DNA of 64,000 nucleotides from Camelus ferus (lineage: Eukaryota), in contig NC_045699.1 in assembly GCF_009834535.1 (NCBI RefSeq), positions 43,152,001 through 43,216,000 of the forward strand, in the 5' to 3' direction. The position numbers and the translations under genes were made by a program. Below the pieces are notes generated by a model. The model was given only the letters and a program-made list of their open reading frames with translations. It made no database searches and was not told the origin of the DNA. Positions 1 through 8,900 of the stretch are shown piece after piece; within the stretch, counting starts at the first letter, position 1; every line of letters begins with the position of its first letter.

Positions 1-1022
1 GCTGAGGTCCCTCTGAAGAGGGGGTTCTCACTGAGAAAGAGGGGTCTCCAAGGGAAAGTCTTGAGGGGCAGGATTTTGCCAAGGGATGGGATCTCGCGCA
101 AAGAGGAGCTTTCCTGCAGGTGGATGCTTCTCTTTTGAGAGAGGGGCATTTGGACGAAATAGTAAGAGGAAGGTCCAGGCTGGGTGGTCTCTGGGCGGAG
201 GCTCTGGAGTCAGCTTTATTCGAGGGAGGCGGAATGGAGTGAGGACTTGAGGCCGCACCTGGAATGGGCTGGCCCAGGGCTCACTACAGCCCCGGGGCAT
301 CACAACCGCCCGAGAAGGTAGAAAGTGTCTGGAGCCCGGAGGTTTAAAGTGTAAGGGTCGAGACCTGGGAAATGGGGCTGGGCCACGGTGGAGGCCGGGA
401 AGGTGGGTAGATCTTTTCTGCCCTGCCGGCCCCTGGAGCCCAGGAATTGGGCGGCTTCCTGAGCCCGGCCCTCAACCGACCGTGACCTAAGGGAGGGAGG
501 GGAGAAAGGACTCACAGGACAGCTAAAAGACATCTGAGCTGCGTGTATGCACAATCAGCCTTTAATTCCCTTCAGTTATGCAGTTCAGGCCTGAACTTAT
601 TTGACCCTGACGCCCCAGTCACACTCGCCAAGGGCGTCGCGGCCACTAGTGGCGGGGTGCGCACCTGAGGGGGCGTGGCCGCTGCCTGGAGGCCGGGCTA
701 GAAGGAGTTAAGAAGAGGCCGGGCTCAGCCCCGCCCCCGGCAGGCCGCCGAGCCTGAGCCCCAGCGGCGAAGCGGAGCAGCCGCCGCCCGCCCGCCCGCC
801 TCCGCCTGCGGGGAGCCCGCCCGCCTGCCCGCCGGCGCCCGGGAGCGCCACCACCACCGCCCGGCCCAGCCCCAGGCCCTGCGCAGAGCGGAGCGGAGCG
901 GCGTCCACCTGGGCCCAGCTAGCCGGAGCGGCGGGGGCGGGCCCGGGATCTTCGGCGGATCTTCCATTCTCCAGGGCGGGAGCGGGAGCCCCGGCGCCTG
1001 GGATCGGGCTGGGCCCGCTCCC

Positions 1023-1067
1023 ATGGCGAGCGCGGCCTGCCCGGGCCCCGGGGACCCTGCCATGTGA
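1023..1067 (+). other. uORF (MASAACPGPGDPAM*) ending in a nested ATG-TGA start-stop in the TESK1 5'UTR
   Basis: ccATGG at 1023, 14 codons, GCC-ATG-TGA at 1062-1067; different frame from the main CDS. Confidence 0.7.
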
Positions 1068-1077
1068 AGCAAGCCCG

Positions 1078-1249
1078 NNNNNNNNNNNNNNNNNNNNNNN
1101 NNNNNNNNNNNNNNNNNNNNNNNNNNNNNNNNNNNNNNNNNNNNNNNNNNNNNNNNNNNNNNNNNNNNNNNNNNNNNNNNNNNNNNNNNNNNNNNNNNNN
1201 NNNNNNNNNNNNNNNNNNNNNNNNNNNNNNNNNNNNNNNNNNNNNNNNN
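1078..1249. other. N block (172 nt) hiding the TESK1 start codon
   Basis: Run of N directly in the sequence. Confidence 0.99.
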
Positions 1250-4200
1250 CGCGTGGACGATTTCCACTGCGCCGAGAAGATCGGGGCTGGCTTCTTCTCT
1301 GAGGTCTACAAGGTAAGACCAGCAGAGAGGGCAGAGGGGCGGGACCGAGCCTTAGACTGGAGGCTGGAACTAGGGGACCGGGACCCTGGCAACCCGCCCA
1401 ACCTGCGCGGGACTCGCCAGCTCCTGCCACCCCCAGGTTCGGCACCGACAGTCAGGGCAAGTCATGGTGCTGAAAATGAACAGGCTCCCCAGTAACCGAG
1501 GAAACACGCTACGGGAGGTGCAGCTGATGAACCGTCTCCGGCACCCCAACATCCTAAGGTGAACAGCCTCAGCCGCTTGCTGGGAAGCTTGCTGGGGGAC
1601 GGAGAAAGATCCCGCGGGAAAAGTGAGACCTGTGGAGGAGCTGAGGCTCTTTTAGCCTACCCTGCTACCTTTCCCATCCTCTTCCAGGTTCATGGGGGTC
1701 TGTGTGCACCAGGGGCAACTGCACGCTCTTACAGAGGTAAGGATGGGCTAGGAAGGGGGAGACCCCACCACCACCCAGGGAAGAGAGTCAGCGGCCCGGT
1801 GCACTTACAGAGCAATAATGAGAGGCAGCAGGACCTCCTCCCAGGGGAGGCTTCCCTGAACTTCCTTTTAGGCAAACCACAGATAAAATGCCTCAGCCGG
1901 TCCCATCCTTTATATCCTCTAGAATAGTGCTGTCCAGTAGATCTTTGTGCATGAAAATGTTCTCTATCCATGCTATCCAAAACCATAGCCACTAGCCACA
2001 TGTGTCTAAGGAGCACTGGATATGTGGCAAGTATGACTGAGGGACTGAATGATTAATTTTATTCAAACTTAATAATTTAAATTGTTGCACATGTATGGGA
2101 CAGGACAGCCCTAGAATATGAATGAGGGACCCTAGAATATGAATGAGGGACCCTAGAGCAAAGACTCACTCTCCTGATCTTTGTGATCCTCCTGAGGGTC
2201 CCCAACTTTTAAGTGGAAGATCCAGAGTACAGACTGAAACCTTGACATTCATTCCCCTTCTCCTACCCATGTCCCAGTATATGAATGGGGGGACCCTGGA
2301 ACAGCTGCTCAGCTCCCCAGAACCCCTATCCTGGCCTGTCAGGCTCCACCTGGCTTTGGACATCGCCCGTGGCCTGCGGTACCTGCATGCCAAAGGTGTA
2401 TTCCACCGAGACCTCACATCCAAGGTAGGTTGGCAAGATGGATGGAAGCATGAAAGGGTATTTGAGATTTATTAGGTTGTAACCACACATAAGTATTGGA
2501 ATGTGAATAATAGGCAATATTAGGATGTTGGGGTACCAAGACATTGGAGAGTGGGAAACTGGAATGAGGGGGAGTGCTCTGAGGGACTGAGTACCATGTT
2601 GTGTAAGGAGTGATGGATGATGTTGCAAGATTGGGGTGCACTGGAAAATGGGGAGATCAGAGAGGGCTGGGGATTTTCTGGAGTGACAGGTCTTTGGGGT
2701 GTATGTTGGGAGATCAGAGAACAGAAGGTGATGGGTGTGTGGGGTTGCTATATGTGTATGTCAGAACTGTCTGATCCGACGGGAAGACCAAGGCTTCACA
2801 GCTGTTGTGGGTGACTTCGGGCTGGCCGAAAAGATTCCTGTGTATAGGTGAGGTGAATGCCCCCATCGCCCTAAACCTCCCAGGTGGCCCTTATCTAAGT
2901 GAAGCCCACAGGGCCATTTACCTTGGGGTGAGGAGGGGGCTGACCTCATCCCTTTTTGTTTGGAGAGGGTGTCTGGGTGGGATGTTCCTGACCACTCTGC
3001 CCCTGCCCCTGTAGGGAAGGGGCAAGGAAGGAGCCATTGGCTGTGGTGGGTTCCCCATACTGGATGGCTCCAGAGGTGTTGCGGGGTGAGCTGTATGATG
3101 AGAAGGTAAGACATGGACCCTTCAGATCCCCAAGGCCTTCCAGAGACCCTGGAGATATTCTTATAAGGCTCCATCCCAGGTTCCTCACCAACCCTACCAG
3201 ATACTCAGGAGACTCCCAAGACCCCCCTTACTCCTCACAGGCATCCCTTCCAACACATGGCAGCTGCCAACACTGCCGCAAATTCTGACATATTCTGACA
3301 GGAAACTGTCAGTGCCTCCCCCTAACATTCTCTCCTACCCCCCAGGCCGATGTCTTTGCCTTTGGGATTGTCCTCTGTGAGCTCATCGCGAGAGTACCTG
3401 CGGACCCAGACTACCTACCCCGAACTGAGGTGAATGATGTCTACAGGTTTAAAAAAGAGGAACTCCAGACTGGGCAGCTCATAACCAAGGAGGGTTCCTT
3501 GGAGGTTAAGGTCCTGATTAGGGGGCAGTAGGAGAACTCAAGGAAGGCTGACTTGGGGGCCCCTCCTCTGTCCCCACAGGACTTTGGCCTGGATGTGCCT
3601 GCTTTCCGGACCCTGGTAGGGGATGACTGCCCACTGCCTTTCCTGCTCCTGGCCATCCATTGCTGCAGTGTAAGAGCCTCAGTCTCCCTCCCTGCCCTTC
3701 ACCCCAATCCATCAGTTGACAAGGTCCCAGGTGATAAGGAAAACAGCGTCCCTCTTTTGGAGCACTTAGTGAAGCTGCCCGTCTCTCCCCATCAGATGGA
3801 ACCCAGCACACGTGCTCCCTTTACTGAAATCACCCAGCACCTGGAATGGATCCTGGAGCAGCTGCCTGAGCCAGCCCCCGTCCCCAGGGCTTCCCTGCTA
3901 CACAGTCAGGGTAAGTGGGCACAACTGAATGTTGCCTCTCTCTTCCTTTGAACTCGGAATTATCTGAGGAGACCAAGTGTATCTGTTAGTTGAGAAGGCT
4001 GGGTGCATGAGGAGGGCAAGAGGATTACTCAAAGAAAGTATAGTTTTCTAATTCTAGAGCCTGAGGGAGGAGGACAAGGAAAGAAGAGGTAAAGAGGGCT
4101 GGGGTGACATCTCCCCCTTTCCAAAGCACCCCGTGGGACTCCCTTTTCTCAGCTCTAGTCCCAGCTGCCTCCTGGGGAATAATGAGGTCCTCAGGGAACT

Positions 4201-5132
4201 ATGATCAACGCTGAGAACAGTGACCCCAGACTTCTTTGTCTACAGGGTCTGTTCCAAGAGGGGGTCCCTCTGCCACACTTCCCAGGCCAGANNNNNNNNN
4301 NNNNNNNNNNNNNNNNNNNNNNNNNNNNNNNNNNNNNNNNNNNNNNNNNNNNNNNNNNNNNNNNNNNNNNNNNNNNNNNNNNNNNNNNNNNNNNNNNNNN
4401 NNNNNNNNNNNNNNNNNNNNNNNNNNNNNNNNNNNNNNNAGCAAGCCAGTCGCCCCTCTGCCCCTTGTACCACCATCACCACTGCCCTCTACCCAGCTAC
4501 CCTTGGTGACCACTCCAGAGACTCTGGTCCAGCCTGGGACACCTGCCCGCCGCTGCCGCTCGCTCCCATCCTCCCCTGAACTCCCCCGGCGAATGGAGAC
4601 GGCACTGCCAGGTCCCGGCCCTCCTGCTGTGGGCCCCTCTGCGGAAGAGAGAATGGAGTGTGAGGGCAGTAGCCCTGAGCCAGAACCCCCTGGACCAGCT
4701 CCCCAGCTGCCCCTAGCCGTGGCCACAGACAACTTCATCAGCACTTGTTCCTCAGCCTCCCAGCCCTGGTCCCCTAGATCAGGGCCTCCCCTTAACAACA
4801 ACCCCCCGGCTGTGGTGGTGAACTCTCCACAAGGCTGGGCCGGGGAGCCCTGGAACCGGGCCCAGCACAGCCTGCCCCGGGCAGCAGCTCTGGAGCGGAC
4901 AGAACCCTCGCCGCCCCCTTCAGCAACCCGGGAGTCCGAGGAGGGACTTCCCTGCCCCGGCNNNNNNNNNNNNNNNNNNNNNNNNNNNNNNNNNNNNNNN
5001 NNNNNNNNNNNNNNNNNNNNNNNNNNNNNNNNNNNNNNNNNNNNNNNNNNNNNNNNNNNNNNNNNNNNNNNNNNNNNNNNNNNNNNNNNNNNNNNNNNNN
5101 NNNNNNNNNNNNNNNNNNNNNNNNNNNNNNNN
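1094..5132 (+). CDS. TESK1: Dual specificity testis-specific protein kinase 1 (LIMK/TESK family)
   Basis: 10 GT-AG coding exons: ~1094-1312, 1437-1558, 1688-1736, 2278-2424, 2765-2847, 3015-3105, 3346-3429, 3580-3669, 3796-3910, 4246-~5132. Kinase motifs [38 protein letters not shown], then a Pro-rich C-terminus. Start and stop lie in N blocks; their positions are estimated from the human protein length. Confidence 0.97.
1925..2108 (+). mobile_element. MER3-like hAT-Charlie MITE in TESK1 intron 3
   Basis: agtgctgtccagtaga...tagccactagccacatgtg...ggacagc matches the MER3 layout; candidate 8-bp TSD ctctagaa/ccctagaa. Confidence 0.75.
2109..2157 (+). repeat. 21-bp tandem duplication (ccctagaatatgaatgaggga)x2.3
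   Basis: Perfect copies at 2109-2129 and 2130-2150, plus a partial copy. Confidence 0.95.
3515..3579 (+). ncRNA. Candidate 5'-tailed mirtron, positional orthologue of human MIR4667
   Basis: Hairpin GGGGGCAG(T)AGGAG ... CTCCTCTGTCCCC ending at the intron 7 acceptor CACAG; resembles the human miR-4667 precursor as I recall it. Confidence 0.45.
4292..4439. other. N block (148 nt) inside TESK1 exon 10
   Basis: Run of N; the reading frame is preserved across it. Confidence 0.99.
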
Positions 5133-5149
5133 NNNNNNNNNNNNNNNNN
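4962..5149. other. N block (188 nt) hiding the TESK1 stop codon
   Basis: Run of N. Confidence 0.99.
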
Positions 5150-5349
5150 TCCGGCTTCCACCACTGGTCTTCAGGATGCCCTGTGAGGACAGAGCGCACA
5201 TGCTGGATGGTGCCAGCCCTGGAGGGGCTGACCAGCTCTTCTCCCTGTGTAGGGAACCTCGGCATGGACTCAATGAACAGAACATTTCCTATCCAACCCC
5301 TGGGCTTGCTCTTCCCTGGGGATCACTGAACCGGACAAGCATCGCTGAC

Positions 5350-5567
5350 ACACAAGACTAACACGTGCAAATTATTTAAAAATATTTCAATAAAACTGCC
5401 TGGCTGGCTCCGGGCTGCCCCTATCCACTCAGCCCGTGCGCCTTCCCCACCCATTCCACTGTGGGAGGTTCTCAGGGAGGCCAAAATCTCTTCTAGAAGC
5501 TTCTTCACCCTTTCCCCGGGAACAGTCCAGCTTCTGGGACAGGGTCTCCAGCAGGGCACAGCCTTGC
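5350..5567 (-). other. CD72: CD72 last exon (exon 9, 3'UTR), overlapping the TESK1 3' end
   Basis: Donor GTATGT 5 nt after the CD72 stop (5994); acceptor tttatatttctAG at 5569-5568 with upstream CTGAT; 3' end approximate. Confidence 0.7.
5389..5394 (+). terminator. TESK1 poly(A) signal AATAAA
   Basis: First canonical hexamer after the TESK1 CDS, in an AT-rich patch. Confidence 0.85.
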
Positions 5568-5999
5568 CTAGAAATATAAACGTTGGGCATGGATCAGCCC
5601 TGGGCTAGGCATGTCCAGGCGGAGTGAGAAAACACTGGAGGGAGGTGGATCTTAGGACCTGCAGGCTCCAGGTTAGGGATGAAGGGCACAGGCTCTTGCT
5701 GGCATGAGTATCTGGAAGATTAAAGCATCACTGAGCTCCACAGTTGACTGTCACTAGAACCCTCATCCAGCTCAGCCCATCTCCTCCCTAGCTCCCTGGA
5801 CAGCCACATGGCCAGACTCCCTTCAGTTCCAGCCCTCCCCTGCCCAGCACCCTCTTACATAAGTAGACCAAGTCCCTGGGGGCTGTGGACATGACTCACT
5901 CCCAGGAACAAGTTTTCCCCCTGGCCTCTGGGCCTCTGCTCTGAGACCCTCTGCCTCCCAACTCCCAGACCTCAGTCCCATCCCTCACACATACCCAGC

Positions 6000-8900
6000 T
6001 CAGCGCCAAGACTGGTCCATGTCTGGATTCTTGAAAGCTGCCCTCTCACAGATGGAGGGAAGAGAAGTATGACAGTTCTCTGCCTGCAGGTTTGACCATG
6101 TCCTTTTTGTCCTGGCACATCTTTGGTTTTGACCATGACTAGAAAGCCTAAAGAGTGGTGAAGTAGAGCTGGGATAAGCTCGGGCCCCTCCTATCCTATC
6201 CCATCCTCCCTTTTCTTGCCCTGCACAAAACCTAACCCAAGTCCTAACTCACCCTGTCTGCCTAAAGCCATGTTTGGGATGGTTCAGGGACAGGTGTCTG
6301 GACTTCAACCTGAAGAGACTATAGGACCAGGGTAGGGAAAAATCACCCAAGGCCTTAAGGATGGAAACTAGCTAAGTAACTACCCTTTTCCAGGGTCTCT
6401 GGGGTTGATCTTCAACAGTACCCCATTGCTCCCTTTCTCACTTCCCTGGGGCAACCCCCAAGTGGCCTTGACTGAGAAAGTAGAACCTCGGTTTACGTAG
6501 CCTTGTCAAGGGATGGGAAATTAGAAGGCCAGGTTCTTCATCAACTGTGAATCCCTGGCTAAATCCTCAACTTCTCCCTCTGAGAGAAAAATGACGTAGG
6601 TCCCACCCAACCTAGTAATTAAAAAAAAAAAAAAAGTGCCGGGGACTGGTAGGTACTGGGGATAGAACAGAGAGTCAAACTGCCCTAAAAGTTATTAATC
6701 AAATAGAAGAAATGGACAAATGGATAATTACAACATTGATTCGTGAAAAAGTTTTGGGAGTAGGACCTGGAGGGAAATCTCATTACCATGTCTTTATGAG
6801 GGGATTATAGAGTTGGAAATGCCCAAAAGTCCGGACAAACTTACCCATAATAGATTCTTTTACCATCAATCCACTCCCAGCGGTTACTATATCTGAGGCC
6901 AATCCAGTATGATTCAAGTGAACCACCTTGCGCCAACACCCTTTGGAGGCTGTTGGTCTGAGGAATATGAAGGGAGATTCAGAGAGACCAGAGATATGTG
7001 AGAGTGATGGGAAATATTGGAATCGGGTGGAGTGTAGGGAGGAGGGGACCCGGGCTGATGGAAGAAAATGAACACCATAGAGACAGCTTTGGCAAGAGGA
7101 CTGTGCCCAACCTTGGTACATAACATCAGCTCATCGGTGACCAGCCCCACATTCTTCATGTGCCTCCCTGCAGGTGCAGGCTGACCCTTCAGTTCACACA
7201 CACGCTAGGTAAGAATTTCTGCTGGCCTTTGGAGGGGAGTCATTCTAGTGGGCTGTTCTAGTCACAAGGAACCTATCCCTACAGTCCAGCCCACCAGGTA
7301 TGGACCTGTCTGCCTGAGAGACCATGAGAGTCAAAGAACCTGTGCAGCAGCCCAGAGCTGACCACAAAGCTGAGATGAGAAACTGGTTAAAGATGGTAAG
7401 TTTCAACTCTCATGCCAACCCTAATCAGTTAGTAGGGCCACCTGGAGCACTGTGCTGAGAAGCTGCATGGAAGAGGGGTGCACTGTGTGTGCTGCCATCC
7501 CTGACTTGAAGACATGTCCCTTAACCCAACAGTACCCACTGCAGTCTTAGGGTTTACTTACAGCATACATGTAAGTGAGATCAAATGTGGCCAGGTCAGA
7601 GGACAGAGATTTACAATGGTGTTGGCTCTTATCCCAACTTCTCTCAGTAACTGAGAAGTAAAAGCAACTTCTCCCATCCAGTATCCATCCCACGGGACAG
7701 CAAGCATCTAAAAAGTAGAACAAATGTGACAGCACAGCCCAGACCCAGGAGGGAGATCTCAACACTTGGGATCAGACTGAGTACTCAGCAGTCTAGCTGC
7801 TAACAATATTCCCTTGGGTGGAACTCAAGTGTCTTCATTGACTTCTAGTCCTTGCCCTTTGCAATCTTTCTTGCTTCACCTCCCCTTGAAATGCCATACC
7901 TGTCCATACTTCTAAGGTTCAACAGCTTTACTCCTAACAATCTGGGAGGTTTATTTTAAAAGGTCTGGTGATACTAACCTCAATTTCTGAACAATTGCAG
8001 TCCCCCCATTTTGGCCAACCTCACCTTGGCCCCCCCATAACTAAGTGTTCAATAAGCCTCCTATTTGTCTCATTAGTTCCCTAAAGATTCCCCACTGCAT
8101 ATTCAAAACTTTCACACACTCCTCAAGTCCACCTTCCCTCTCCACTCTTCCACAAGAAATTGTCACACACTCGACGTGAACTCTCTCCGTTTTCCTCCCC
8201 TCCACCTCAAAATTTGTCTCTTCCCTGTTCCTGACTATCCATCAAAAATAAACACCCTGCTTTCTTTACCATCCCACACCCCAATCTATGGTCCTGATCC
8301 CAAATCCCCTCTCTTCATTGCTTTGAACCATCAGTCAAAACTCCATCACTCAAAAATCATTCCTTCTCCACTAGCTCCCTCTCTTCTGCCTACATTTTCT
8401 CTTATCCCCATCCAGCTACCTGTCAAGTCACTGTCCTACAGCAACTTAAAGGAATAAAAAGAAGTCAGTGTGGCCAAATGGAATAAGTGGTGTGCTGAAA
8501 GGTAGGCAGGGGCCTTGGAAGCCAGGTTGAAGATTTTTTACTTTTATATTACGAGCAACAGAGTCAATATAGGGTTTTACATAGAGGAATTGCGTTCACT
8601 GGCTGTATCCCAAGTGCTTGGACACAGTGCTGGACATACAGTATGTAATCCATAACTTTTGATATCATTAATTTTAAACTGAAATGACATGATCTTAACT
8701 GCGATGACATGATCAGATTTTTATTTTTAAAGGATTCCCCTGGCTGCAACATGATAAGTGCATTTGAAGGGGGGATGTTTAGGAAAAACACTCAGCAAGC
8801 TGTTGTAGTTATCCTTGCAAGAGATGAGAATGGGCAAAAACGCAAATGGATATATAGACCTGGTGGAAAATAGAGGGAATTCCTCTCTGACAGAGTAGGG

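Larger units (their letters stand above)
600..1500. promoter_or_regulatory. CpG island / TATA-less promoter and first exon region of TESK1
   Basis: Very high GC and CpG density, multiple GGGCGG/CCGCCC boxes, directly upstream of and over TESK1 exon 1. Confidence 0.85.

Noticed and set aside
4205-5164. 319-aa antisense ORF over TESK1 exon 10
   Set aside because: Shadow of a GC-rich coding exon, extended by N blocks; no independent features.
5150-5186. ORF-track C-terminus PASTTGLQDAL* for TESK1
   Set aside because: Artefact of reading through Ns; by homology the true stop lies inside the N block (~5132), so this is 3'UTR.
6608-6670. A15 run plus aggtactggggatagaac, resembling a camelid tRNA-derived SINE
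   Set aside because: Only ~18 nt of similarity, with no A/B boxes or TSD.
7547-7561. CD72 exon 6 read-through (AVSKP*) as an alternative C-terminus
   Set aside because: Strong GTAAGT donor at 7561 and no nearby poly(A) signal seen.
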